From Acidobacteriota bacterium (GTDB taxonomy: Bacteria > Acidobacteriota > Vicinamibacteria > Vicinamibacterales > UBA2999), in NCBI GenBank assembly GCA_031364805.1, contig JANLWW010000153.1, forward strand, positions 206 through 64,205: a DNA stretch of 64,000 nucleotides, in the 5' to 3' direction. How positions within the stretch are numbered: position 1 is the first letter of the stretch; each line of letters opens with the position of its first letter. The translations under genes and the position numbers were made by a program. The notes under the pieces were generated by a model. That model was not told where the DNA came from, did not search any database, and saw only the letters and a list, made by a program, of their open reading frames with translations. Positions 47,719-57,373 of this stretch are shown in pieces.

Positions 47719-50700
47719 ATGCAGTCGCACTTCCATCCAGCGGTGGACGAATGGTTCCGAGCGGTCTTCAGTTCGGCAACTGCCCCACAAAAACGTGGGT
47801 GGCCAGCGATTGCCCGCGGAGATTCGACTTTGATTCTGGCGCCGACCGGCAGCGGCAAGACCCTGGCGGCGTTCTTGTGGTCGCTGAACCGGCTGATGTT
47901 CGAGCCGGTGCCCGATGCGCAGGGGCGGTGCCGGGTTCTTTACATTTCACCGTTGAAGGCATTGGCCGTGGACGTTGAGCGCAACCTGCGGGCGCCGCTG
48001 GCGGGGATCTCGAACGTGGCCGCCGGTCGCGGACTGCCTTTTCACCCGCCCTCGATCGCTGTGCGCACGGGCGACACGCCGACTGCCGAGCGGGCGAGGT
48101 TTCAGCGCGCCCCCTCCGATATTCTGATCACGACGCCAGAGTCGCTGTTCCTGCTGCTCACCTCGAACGCGCACGAGAGCTTGCGTTCGGTGGAGACCGT
48201 GATCATCGACGAGATTCACGCCCTGGTCTCGACCAAACGCGGCGCCCACATGGCGCTGTCGCTGGAGCGGCTGGAGCGCATTGTCTCGAAGCCGCTTCAG
48301 CGCATCGGGTTATCGGCGACGCAGCGGCCGCTGGAGGAAGTGGCGAAGTTTCTGGGCGGAGCCGAAACCCAGTCCGCCAGAGCCAACACGAAGGGCACGA
48401 CGAACACGAAGGCCAAACCTGCGAAGGCGGATTACGCAGATTCCGTTCACGACGAGTTCGCGGACGACCACGCGGTGACCTATCGACCGGTCACCATCAT
48501 CGACGCCAGTGCGCCGAAGAAACTGGCGATTACCGTGCAGACGCCGGTGGAAGACATGGCGGCCATGGGCAAGCCGGTCGAGCAACCGAGCGGCCCGGCG
48601 TCGCGCGGGCCGGTGGCGCAATCGATCTGGAGTTCGATCCATCCCAAGCTGGTTGAATTAATCCGTTCTCACCGCTCGACGCTGTTGTTTGTCAACAGCC
48701 GGCGCCTGGCGGAACGGCTGGCCGGCGCGCTCAACGAGTTAGCCGGCGAAGCCCTGGTGCGCGCGCATCACGGGTCGCTGGCGCGCGCACAACGTACCGA
48801 GATCGAGGACTTGCTCAAGGGCGGCCACTTGCGCGCCCTGGTCGCCACCTCATCGCTCGAACTCGGCATCGACATGGGCGCCATCGACCTGGTGATCCAA
48901 ATTGAAGCGCCGCCGTCGGTCGCCAGTGGGCTGCAGCGCATTGGCCGTGCCGGCCATCGCATCGACGAAGTCAGCGAAGGCATCATCTTCCCGAAATTTC
49001 GCGGCGACCTGGTGGCGTGCGCGGCAGTCACGGCCGCCATGCGCAGCGGCAAGGTCGAGTCGTCTCGTTATCCGCGCAACCCGCTCGATGTGCTGGCGCA
49101 GCAACTGGTCGCCATGGTGTCGATGGACAGCTGGTCGGTGAACGAACTGTTCCGAGCGGTGCGCGCGGCGGCGCCGTTCGCCGAACTGAGCCGCACGATC
49201 TTCGATGGCGTGCTCGACATGCTGTCGGGTCGTTACCCGTCGGATGATTTCGCCGAACTTCGCCCGCGCATCACCTGGGACCGCGTCAACGGCACGGTCA
49301 CGGCTCGCCAGGGCGCCAAGCGCGTGGCCATCTCAAACGCGGGAACCATTCCCGACCGCGGACTGTACGGCGTGTTTCTGTCGGGCGCGGAGAAGGACAA
49401 GGCGCGGGTCGGCGAACTGGACGAGGAAATGGTCTTCGAGGCACGGGCCGGCGAGACGTTTCTGCTGGGCGCCTCAACCTGGCGCATCGATCAGATCACG
49501 CACGATCGCGTGTTGGTGTCGCCTGCGCCGGGTCAGCCGGGCAAGATGCCGTTCTGGAAGGGCGAGGGTCCCGGCCGGCCAGTGGAACTCGGGATGGCCA
49601 TTGGCAAGCTGGTGCGCGAGTTGCGAAAGCGTCCGCGTGCCGAAGCCCTGGCGTCCCTTGAATCTGACCACGGCCTGGATGCGATGGCCAGCGCCAACCT
49701 GATGCAATACCTGGACGACCAGCAGGCGTCGGCCGGCACCGTGCCAGACGACCGCACCATCCTGATCGAACAATCACGTGATGATTTAGGCGATTGGCGA
49801 GTCGCGGTGCTGACGCCTCTCGGCAGCCGGGTCCACGCGCCCTGGGCCATGGCCGTGACGGCACGCATTCGCGACGAAGCCGGCGTCGACGTCGAGGTCA
49901 TGTGGTCTGACGATGGGTTCGTGGTGCGGTATCCGGATGGCGAACGGTTGCCGCACGTCGCGTTGCTGCTGCCCGATCCGGACGAGGTCGAGGAGCAAGT
50001 GGTGCGCCAGCTCGGCTCGACGGCGATGTTCTCGGCGCGGTTCCGCGAGGCGGCCGGCCGCGCCTTGCTGCTGCCGCGCCGTCGTCCGGGTGCGCGCACG
50101 CCGCTGTGGCAATTGCGCAAGCGCGCGTCGGACCTGCTGGCCGTCGCCGCGCGCTACGGATCGTTCCCGATCATCCTCGAGACCTATCGCGAGTGCCTGC
50201 GCGACATCTTCGACCTGCCGGCGCTCACCGATATCCTCACGCGGGTTCGCAGCCGCAGCATCCGCGTCGTCCACGTCGAGTCGGCGAAGCCGTCGCCGTT
50301 CTCCAGCTCGCTGTTGTTCGGCTACGTCGCCAACTACATTTACGATGGCGATGCACCACTGGCCGAGCGGCGCGCGCAGGCGCTGTCGGTGGATCAATCG
50401 CAGTTGCGCGAGCTGATCGGCGATACCGAACTGCGCGATCTGCTGGACGCGACGGCACTCGAATCGATCGAAGCCGACCTGCAACACCTGCCGGAACGGT
50501 TCCATGCCCGCTCCACCGATGCCGTGCATGACCTGCTCCTGCGCCTCGGCGATTTGTCGCGTGACGAGATCGCCGCGCGCAGCCAGGCCGGAGTCGCCAG
50601 TGTCGCGATTGCCGACCTTCTCTCGACCCGGCGGGCAATCGAGGTGCGCATTGCCGGCGAGCCGAGGCTGCTCGCGGTCGAGGACGCCGCGCGCTTTCGG

Positions 50701-52284
50701 GACGCGATCGGCACGCCGTTGCCGCCGGGATTACCCGACGCGCTGCTCGAGGCGGTCGGCGATCCGGTCGGCGATCTGGTCCGCCGGTATGCGAGGACGC
50801 ACGGGCCGTTCATCAGCCAGGCCATCAGCACCCGCCTGGGCCTGGGCGCGGCGGTGGTCGAGGCTGCCCTCAAACGCCTGCGCGAGTCGGGACGCGTGAT
50901 CGACGGTGAGTTCCGTCCCGGTGGCCGCGGCCGTGAATGGTGTGAAGCCGAGGTCCTGCGCAGTGTGCGGCAGCGATCGCTGGCCAAGCTGCGCCAGGAG
51001 GTGGAACCGGTCGACGCCGGTGCGCTGGGTCGCTTTCTGGTCCGCTGGCACGGGCTGTCGCGCCCGCGGGTCGGCCTTGACGGCCTGCTCGACGTGATCG
51101 AGCAGTTGCAGGGTGTGCCGCTGGTCGCGTCGCTGCTCGATCGTGAAGTGCTGTCGGCGCGCGTTCGAGGCTACGAGCCGGCCATGCTCGACACGCTGAT
51201 GGGGGCCGGCGAGGTGACGTGGGTGGGCGTCGAGCCGCTTGGTGAGCGCGATGGCCGCATCGCGCTGTATCTGACCGATCACATCGCGAAGTTGCGGCCG
51301 CCCGAAGCGCTGCTGCCGGCACGTCAGCAGGGACTGGCCGAACGCGACACCCGAATCGTCGCCTTCCTGGCACGGCAGGGGGCGTCGTTTTTTGGTCCGC
51401 TGCACGAGGCGTCGGGCGGGGGCTTTCCGAAAGAAACGCTGGATGCGCTGTGGGATCTGGTGTGGCAGGGCCTGATCACCAACGACACCCTGCACGCGTT
51501 GCGGGCTTTTGCCGCGCCGCCGGAACGCGCGCGCCGGCCCGGGCGCGTGCCCTTCCGATCGCGCCGGCTCGTGCCACCGTCGTCCGAGGGGCGGTGGAGC
51601 GTCGCGCCCGCCGCCACGGCGACGCCCACTTCGTGGGCAACGGCCATGGCCACCCAACTGCTGACTCGACACGGCGTGGTCACTCGCGACATCGCGGCGG
51701 TCGAACAGTTGCCCGGCGGCTTCTCGGCCATGTATCCAGTGCTCCGGCGGCTCGAAGAAACCGGGCGCATTCGGCGCGGCTACTTTGTTGCCGGCCTGGG
51801 CGCGGCGCAGTTCGCGCAGCCCGGTGCGATCGATCTGTTGCGCGATGCGCGCGATGTCGGCGACGAGATGACGGTGACGTTGTCGTCCACCGATCCTGCT
51901 AATCCTTACGGCATCTTGATGCCGTGGCCTCTGGAGAGATCGACGCGAACCGCCGGCGCCCGGGTGGTGCTCGTGAACGGACAACTGGCCGCATGGATCG
52001 GCCGTGGCGACCGGCAGCTGATCGTGTCGTTGCCGGCCGACGAGCCGGAGCGATCGCGAGCGGGACGGGCGCTGGCACGCGAGTTGGTACGGATTGCGAA
52101 CCATGCGGCCGAGGGGCGACGCGGGTGGCTGATCGACGAGATCAACGGACAGCCGGCCGCCACTGATCCATCCAGTCAGTTTCTGATTGAACACGGGTTC
52201 GCGGCGACGGCGATGGGATTGCAATTGCGGGTTGCCAGGCGGCGGGCGACGCCCGATGCCGAGGATGAGCCGGCCGATGCCTGA
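47719..52284 (+). CDS. lhr: ATP-dependent helicase Lhr (large helicase-related protein)
   Basis: 1521 aa. LILAPTGSGKTLAAF (Walker A), VIIDEIHALVSTKRG (DEIH box), long C-terminal extension. Confidence 0.9.
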   Translation: MQSHFHPAVDEWFRAVFSSATAPQKRGWPAIARGDSTLILAPTGSGKTLAAFLWSLNRLMFEPVPDAQGRCRVLYISPLKALAVDVERNLRAPLAGISNVAAGRGLPFHPPSIAVRTGDTPTAERARFQRAPSDILITTPESLFLLLTSNAHESLRSVETVIIDEIHALVSTKRGAHMALSLERLERIVSKPLQRIGLSATQRPLEEVAKFLGGAETQSARANTKGTTNTKAKPAKADYADSVHDEFADDHAVTYRPVTIIDASAPKKLAITVQTPVEDMAAMGKPVEQPSGPASRGPVAQSIWSSIHPKLVELIRSHRSTLLFVNSRRLAERLAGALNELAGEALVRAHHGSLARAQRTEIEDLLKGGHLRALVATSSLELGIDMGAIDLVIQIEAPPSVASGLQRIGRAGHRIDEVSEGIIFPKFRGDLVACAAVTAAMRSGKVESSRYPRNPLDVLAQQLVAMVSMDSWSVNELFRAVRAAAPFAELSRTIFDGVLDMLSGRYPSDDFAELRPRITWDRVNGTVTARQGAKRVAISNAGTIPDRGLYGVFLSGAEKDKARVGELDEEMVFEARAGETFLLGASTWRIDQITHDRVLVSPAPGQPGKMPFWKGEGPGRPVELGMAIGKLVRELRKRPRAEALASLESDHGLDAMASANLMQYLDDQQASAGTVPDDRTILIEQSRDDLGDWRVAVLTPLGSRVHAPWAMAVTARIRDEAGVDVEVMWSDDGFVVRYPDGERLPHVALLLPDPDEVEEQVVRQLGSTAMFSARFREAAGRALLLPRRRPGARTPLWQLRKRASDLLAVAARYGSFPIILETYRECLRDIFDLPALTDILTRVRSRSIRVVHVESAKPSPFSSSLLFGYVANYIYDGDAPLAERRAQALSVDQSQLRELIGDTELRDLLDATALESIEADLQHLPERFHARSTDAVHDLLLRLGDLSRDEIAARSQAGVASVAIADLLSTRRAIEVRIAGEPRLLAVEDAARFRDAIGTPLPPGLPDALLEAVGDPVGDLVRRYARTHGPFISQAISTRLGLGAAVVEAALKRLRESGRVIDGEFRPGGRGREWCEAEVLRSVRQRSLAKLRQEVEPVDAGALGRFLVRWHGLSRPRVGLDGLLDVIEQLQGVPLVASLLDREVLSARVRGYEPAMLDTLMGAGEVTWVGVEPLGERDGRIALYLTDHIAKLRPPEALLPARQQGLAERDTRIVAFLARQGASFFGPLHEASGGGFPKETLDALWDLVWQGLITNDTLHALRAFAAPPERARRPGRVPFRSRRLVPPSSEGRWSVAPAATATPTSWATAMATQLLTRHGVVTRDIAAVEQLPGGFSAMYPVLRRLEETGRIRRGYFVAGLGAAQFAQPGAIDLLRDARDVGDEMTVTLSSTDPANPYGILMPWPLERSTRTAGARVVLVNGQLAAWIGRGDRQLIVSLPADEPERSRAGRALARELVRIANHAAEGRRGWLIDEINGQPAATDPSSQFLIEHGFAATAMGLQLRVARRRATPDAEDEPADA

Positions 52285-53110
52285 AGGCGACACGATTTTT
52301 CGCGCCGCCCGATCGCTGCACCAGGCGCTCGCCGGGCATCGCGTCACGAAGTTCGACACCGCCTACGCCCACCTCGCGCGCGTCAACGACGACGGCCCAA
52401 TCGCGGGCAGGCTGATCGAACGCTGCGAAGCGGCCGGCAAGCACGTGCTGACCGTGTTCGAAGGCGATCTCATCCTCCGCACGCACATGCGGATGAACGG
52501 ATCCTGGCACCTCTATCGTCACGGCGAGCGGTGGTGGCGCGGCCCTCAAGCGATGCGGGTGCGCGTCGACACCGCGGACTGGGTGGCGGTCGCGTTCGAC
52601 GTCCCGGTTGCAGAGTTCGTCACGGCGAAGGAACTGGCGTCGAGCGATCCGGTGGCGGCGCTGGGACCTGACCTACTGAAGTCAGGCTTCGACCGCGACG
52701 AGGCCATCCGTCGCGTGCGTGCCGCGGGCGCGCTGCCGATCGCGCAAGCGTTGCTCGACCAGCGACTGGTGGCCGGCATCGGCAACGTCTACAAGTCGGA
52801 AGTGTTGTTCCTGGCCGGTGTCCATCCCGACACGCCAGCGAGCGCGGTGCCACCGAACGGGATGGAGCAAATCATGGATCTCGCACGCAGGCTGCTCAAC
52901 GACAACGTTGTGCCTGGCACACCGGGCGCCATTCAGACCTACCGATCGTTGAGACGAACTGACCGCAGATCCGACTCGTCCGCTAGCCTGTGGGTCTACG
53001 GCCGCGCCGGCAAGCCGTGCCGCAAGTGCGGTACGGCGGTTCAGTCGAAGAAGATGGGCCTCGATGCCCGCACCACCTACTGGTGCCCGTCCTGCCAGCC
53101 CACGGGGTGA
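52277..53110 (+). CDS. nei: Fpg/Nei family DNA glycosylase (endonuclease VIII-like)
   Basis: MPEGDTIFRAA N-terminus (catalytic Pro2/Glu3). C-terminal zinc finger CRKCGTAVQSKKMGLDARTTYWCPSCQ. Overlaps the lhr stop by 8 nt. Confidence 0.88.
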   Translation: MPEGDTIFRAARSLHQALAGHRVTKFDTAYAHLARVNDDGPIAGRLIERCEAAGKHVLTVFEGDLILRTHMRMNGSWHLYRHGERWWRGPQAMRVRVDTADWVAVAFDVPVAEFVTAKELASSDPVAALGPDLLKSGFDRDEAIRRVRAAGALPIAQALLDQRLVAGIGNVYKSEVLFLAGVHPDTPASAVPPNGMEQIMDLARRLLNDNVVPGTPGAIQTYRSLRRTDRRSDSSASLWVYGRAGKPCRKCGTAVQSKKMGLDARTTYWCPSCQPTG

Positions 53111-53859
53111 CTGTCCCCTTGGAATCGTCGCTCACCGGAACCCTGGCACTTCCAAGACCGATCGGGAGTGCACCAGCCCCTCAAATTGCTGACGGCAATC
53201 GCTGGTTTGCGGCTCGCCACGCTCTGGGCCGACCAGGTCCAACCGGAGGGCATGGGTCAGGCGGGCGATATCGCAACGTCTCTGCGCTGGCCAAGGCCGC
53301 GAATGTGTCGGTGATGAGCGCCTTTCGTTTCCACGAGCAGCTTCGCGATGCGGGATTCATTGATGACTCGTCATCGCATCTCAACCTGGTTCGACGACCG
53401 GAGCTCTTCCGCCGGTGGCAGGCGGAGTCGCGGCGGGCGTTACCCCAGGAAGTGCCGATGCGGTTTCTGATTCGCGGTTCGCTGCATCAGCAGCTCCACC
53501 AGTTCGTCTCGAATCACGAAGGCTGTCTGGCCCTCTTTGCCGCGGCTGACGCGCTAAGGTTTGGCCACGTCAAAGGTGTGCTTCCCTACGTCTACGTCGC
53601 CAAGCTGTCCGATCTGCAGTTGAGGAGCTGGAGCGGATTGGCAGCCGTGGCGCCTGGCGAACGACCCGACATCATCGTACGAAAGGCGCCGGCGCCGAAG
53701 TCGGTCTTCCGTGGCATGGTGGACGAACGTGATGTCGCGTGCTGTGACGTGCTCCAGGTGTGGCTCGATGTGGCGGCGCATCCCTCGAGAGGTGAACAGC
53801 AGGCTGAACTGATCTATCGCAAGGTGCTTCGACCGGTCGTTGAGGGACCCGGCCAGTGA
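53107..53859 (+). CDS. Winged-helix protein, AbiEi-antitoxin-like (tentative)
   Basis: GTG 53107 overlaps the nei stop (GTGA). NVSALAKAANVSVMSAFRFHEQLRDAGFI (HTH) followed by LVRRPELFRRWQAE, which resembles AbiEi-type regulators from memory. Confidence 0.45.
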   Translation: MTVPLESSLTGTLALPRPIGSAPAPQIADGNRWFAARHALGRPGPTGGHGSGGRYRNVSALAKAANVSVMSAFRFHEQLRDAGFIDDSSSHLNLVRRPELFRRWQAESRRALPQEVPMRFLIRGSLHQQLHQFVSNHEGCLALFAAADALRFGHVKGVLPYVYVAKLSDLQLRSWSGLAAVAPGERPDIIVRKAPAPKSVFRGMVDERDVACCDVLQVWLDVAAHPSRGEQQAELIYRKVLRPVVEGPGQ

Positions 53860-54245
53860 CCGACCTCGATTCATTTGGTCGGTTGATTCACGCCATCGAG
53901 CCGTGGCGATCGCATCTCGTCCTGGTCGGTGGCTGGGCTCATCGTCTTCTGAGGTCACCGGCCAAGCGTGCGCAAGACCTTCTCTACATTCACGACACAC
54001 TCGAGTTGTTCGGAGGCGCGCTTCCCACGTTGAGTGGAGTATGGACGAAATCCCTTGTGCCCACGCTGAGCGCCAAGACGGTCAAGACCGTGGAACAATC
54101 GGCCGACCAGACTTTCGCATCCGTAACGGATGTCATCCGAGAAGCGGTGCGAATCCCGCAGGACCGCACCATTTCGCCAGAACGGCTGCGCGCGGCCTGT
54201 GCGCTGGCGCTGTCGCAGATTCTGGCCGCGCTCTCCGACAACTGA
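53856..54245 (+). CDS. Nucleotidyltransferase-fold (AbiEii/GSU2403-like) protein, apparently internally truncated
   Basis: 129 aa. The N-terminus LIHAIEPWRSHLVLVGGWAHRLL joins directly to a C-terminal-type segment AKRAQDLLYIHDTLELFGG. Full-length family members are roughly twice this size (from memory). Confidence 0.4.
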   Translation: MTDLDSFGRLIHAIEPWRSHLVLVGGWAHRLLRSPAKRAQDLLYIHDTLELFGGALPTLSGVWTKSLVPTLSAKTVKTVEQSADQTFASVTDVIREAVRIPQDRTISPERLRAACALALSQILAALSDN

Positions 54246-54412
54246 TCCCAAGGGTAGCCATGCCAAGACCGACCACGTGGGTCACGGAACTTAGACATTA
54301 CATCGATGAGGAGACCGAAGAATGGCTCGAGGACATGCCGGGTCCGGCGCTGAACCTCGCGCTCGCCCTGGGTTCAATCGTTGGGTGGGTGACCGATCGC
54401 CCGCGGGCTGGC

Positions 54413-54699
54413 GACGCGCACCGCCTCACCCGCTGCCGTATCAGCAGCTCGCGCACGATCAGCCCGGCCTCAATGGTCTTGCCCAGCCCCACATCGTCCG
54501 CAATGAACAAGTTCACGCGCGGCAGCAGCAGGGCCTTGCGAAGCGGCTCGAGCTGGTAGGCGTCGATCTTGATGCCCGCGCGGTAGGGGGCCTGAAACAG
54601 CTCGGGGTCGGTGGCGGTGACGGCGTTCCAGCGGAGCGTGTGGTAGTAGGCCGCGAAGTCCTGCGGGTCATCGAGCTGGCCTTGCGAGAGCTTGGACCA
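54413..54699 (-). pseudogene. SNF2-family helicase N-terminal fragment (defense-island type)
   Basis: WSKLSQGQLDDPQDFAAYYHTLRWNAVTATDPELFQAPYRAGIKIDAYQLEPLRKALLLPRVNLFIADDVGLGKTIEAGLIVRELLIRQRVRR. TAA lies immediately upstream, and homology is lost after motif I. Confidence 0.7.
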
Positions 54700-54933
54700 G
54701 ATTTACCTCTGGCTTGTCAGCAGCGACAACGCCTTCGACCAAATAGCGGCGAGAGCGGACAACGGACTATTTCCCAGGTTTGGGAGGTGCATCGGCGACG
54801 ACTGGCATCGGGGGGTTAACAATAGATTAGACGGCCAGCAGCGGACAATCTCTCGATACTTTGCGTTGTGGGCGCTTCATCACTCCGAGACGTTCGAAGC
54901 CGGCGCGCTAAAGGCCGCTGCGCCGACCGCATG

Positions 54934-55767
54934 TCATGTAATGCGATGCGGGTGGCTGTAGATATTGAAGTCGCCGCCGCGGACGAAACCGCACAGCGTG
55001 ATGCCTGATTGCTCCGCCAAATCGATCGCCAGGCTCGACGGCGCGGACACGGCCGCGACGAGCGGTATGCCCGCCAGCAGCGCCTTCTGCACGAGTTCAA
55101 ACGACGTGCGCCCCGACACCAGCAGCACGCGGTCGTCCAGCGGATGCTGATTGGCAAGCAAGGTGCGGCCAGCAATCTTGTCCACGGCGTTGTGACGGCC
55201 GACGTCTTCTGCTGACAACTGCAGGACGCCTGAGCGGTCGAACAGGCCCGCGGCGTGAAGACCGCCGGTCGACTCGAACACCGCCTGGGCCGAGCGCAGC
55301 CGCTCTGGCAGAGCCGCGATCGTACTGGCGGGCACCGTCCACTTCCCCGCCACCGCCGACACCCGCGCCTGCAGCGACTCGATCGTCCGCCGGCCGCACA
55401 GGCCGCACGACGCCGTCATCATCACCTGCCGGCGGTCGGCGAGCCTGACCTCGAGCCGCGCCACTGCCTCGCCGAGCACGGTGACGTTGAGGGTGTTCTC
55501 GCGCCCATCCTCGTCCGCATCGCGGCAGTGCTCGATGATGCCAATCTCATCGGCCGACCGGATGACATCTTCCGCCAGCAGGAAACCGGCGGCGAGGTCG
55601 CGGTCGGCCCCCGGCGTGCGCATGATCACGGCGAACGGCGCGCCGTTGACGCGCACCTCCATCGGCTCCTCGACGGCCACGCGATCGGTGACCGGCTGGG
55701 AATCACCGGCACGCGAGATGACCACGTCGCGAACGCCGGGTCCCTGCCCGCCTGGCACCCTTGACAC
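54934..55767 (-). CDS. fdhD: Formate dehydrogenase accessory sulfurtransferase FdhD
   Basis: TASCGLCGRRTIESL, GGLHAAGLF, AEDVGRHNAVDKIAG, LVSGRTSFELVQKA. Confidence 0.9.
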   Translation of the reverse strand: MSRVPGGQGPGVRDVVISRAGDSQPVTDRVAVEEPMEVRVNGAPFAVIMRTPGADRDLAAGFLLAEDVIRSADEIGIIEHCRDADEDGRENTLNVTVLGEAVARLEVRLADRRQVMMTASCGLCGRRTIESLQARVSAVAGKWTVPASTIAALPERLRSAQAVFESTGGLHAAGLFDRSGVLQLSAEDVGRHNAVDKIAGRTLLANQHPLDDRVLLVSGRTSFELVQKALLAGIPLVAAVSAPSSLAIDLAEQSGITLCGFVRGGDFNIYSHPHRIT

Positions 55768-55777
55768 TTTCCGTAGT

Positions 55778-56782
55778 CTACGCCGCCTTGCGCTTGTCGG
55801 TGATCAGCGAAGCGACGATCGAACCGCCCACCAGCGAGCCGATGATCCCTAGCGACCAACCGATCGGGAAGTGACCACCCCAGGCCTCGTTCAGCCAGAT
55901 CATCTTGAGGCCGATGAACATCAACACGCCGGCCAGCCCATATCGCAGCAACGTGAACTTGGCGACCGCGCCGGCCAACACGAAATAGAGCGATCGCAGG
56001 CCAAGGATCGCAAACACATTGGAGGTGAAGACGATCAGCGGCTCCCGGGTCAGCGCGAAGATGGCCGGCACCGAATCGATCGCGAAGACGATGTCGCTCA
56101 TCTCGATGGCCATCAGCGCCAGGAACAGCGGCGTCGCGTGCCACTTGCCGTCGATGCGTGAGAAGAAGTGCTTGCCGTCGTAGTGTTCCGACACCGGCAT
56201 CAGGCGATGGGTCAGCCTCACCAGCGGGTTCTTACCTGGATCCATCTCGCCGCTATCGTGGCCGAGCATCTTGAAGCCGGTGTAGATCAACAGCACGCCA
56301 AAGCCGACGATCATCCAGTGATACGACAGCAGCACCGATCCGAGCGCGATGAAGATCGCGCGGAACACCAGCGCGCCGAGAATGCCGTAGAACAACACCC
56401 GGTGCTGATACAAGGACGGCACGCGAAAAAACGAAAAGATGACGACAAACACGAACATGTTGTCGACCGAGAGCGTGTACTCGACGACGTAGCCGGCCAG
56501 AAACTCAAGGGCCACCTGCCAGGCAGCGGCGGCGGGATCGAAGCCCGGAGTCGCGAGCAGCCGCGGATCCTGCGAGAAGCTCGACAGCGCATAAAAATAG
56601 AGCCCGACGTTGAAGACCAGCGCCAGCGAGATCCAGATCGCGCTGAACTTCGCCGCCTCGCGAATCGACACCACGTGCGCTTGGCGGTTGAAGACACCCA
56701 GGTCGATGGCCAGCAGCACCAGGACGAAACCGGCGAACGCAGCATAGAACCACAAGTACTCGGCGAGCGGAAACAGGATCAC
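55778..56782 (-). CDS. TerC/Alx family integral membrane protein
   Basis: 334 aa, GTG start. EYTLSVDNMFVFVVIF, AIDSVPAIFALT. Confidence 0.88.
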   Translation of the reverse strand: MILFPLAEYLWFYAAFAGFVLVLLAIDLGVFNRQAHVVSIREAAKFSAIWISLALVFNVGLYFYALSSFSQDPRLLATPGFDPAAAAWQVALEFLAGYVVEYTLSVDNMFVFVVIFSFFRVPSLYQHRVLFYGILGALVFRAIFIALGSVLLSYHWMIVGFGVLLIYTGFKMLGHDSGEMDPGKNPLVRLTHRLMPVSEHYDGKHFFSRIDGKWHATPLFLALMAIEMSDIVFAIDSVPAIFALTREPLIVFTSNVFAILGLRSLYFVLAGAVAKFTLLRYGLAGVLMFIGLKMIWLNEAWGGHFPIGWSLGIIGSLVGGSIVASLITDKRKAA

Positions 56783-56875
56783 CTTGGCAGCTTACGGGCG
56801 CCGTGCGGCCGGCATAACTAGGTATTTTCGTCGGCGATGGACGGCGGAAGCGAGGGGTTGCGATAGGATCGCGTC

Positions 56876-57373
56876 ATGGCCAGCACCTACTCGTTCGACG
56901 TGACGTCGAACATCGACATGCCCGAAGTGGACAACGCCGTGAACCAGGCCCGCAAGGAGATTGCCCAGCGCTTCGACTTCAAGGGGTCGAGCGCCGCCAT
57001 CGATCTCGACGCCAAGGCCAACACCCTGACGCTCACCGCCGAAGACAACTTCAAGCTCGAATCGGTGTGGGACGTCCTGCAGACGCGGCTGATCAAGCGC
57101 AACGTCCCGGTCAAGAACCTGAAACGCGAAGACATCCAGCCGGCCTCCGGCAGAACCGTCAAGCAGGTCATCACCCTGCAGCAGGGCATTCCGAGCGACG
57201 CGGTCAAGGACATCGTCAAGCATCTCAAGGAGTCGAAGAAGAAGGTTCAGGCGCAGATCCAGGCGGACCAGGTGCGCGTGACCTCGGCCTCGAAGGACGA
57301 GTTGCAGGACGCCATGCAGCTGCTGCGCGCCAGGGATTTCGGGGTGTCCCTCCAGTTTGGCAACTACCGCTAA
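56876..57373 (+). CDS. yajQ: YajQ family nucleotide/cyclic-di-GMP-binding protein (UPF0234)
   Basis: MASTYSFDVTSNIDMPEVDNAVNQARKEIAQRFDFKG...FGNYR. 165 aa. Confidence 0.9.
   Translation: MASTYSFDVTSNIDMPEVDNAVNQARKEIAQRFDFKGSSAAIDLDAKANTLTLTAEDNFKLESVWDVLQTRLIKRNVPVKNLKREDIQPASGRTVKQVITLQQGIPSDAVKDIVKHLKESKKKVQAQIQADQVRVTSASKDELQDAMQLLRARDFGVSLQFGNYR

Noticed and set aside
54260-54559. 100-aa plus-strand ORF (MPRPTTWVTELRHY...) as an intact gene.
   Set aside because: Its second half is simply the antisense of the SNF2 fragment. At most the first ~50 codons are a remnant of something real, and no family was recognised.
56783-56875. Possible yybP-ykoY (manganese) riboswitch upstream of the TerC/Alx-family gene.
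   Set aside because: The spacer is only 93 nt and is shared with the divergent yajQ. I could not find the conserved GGGGAGUA-type core or the four-helix layout.
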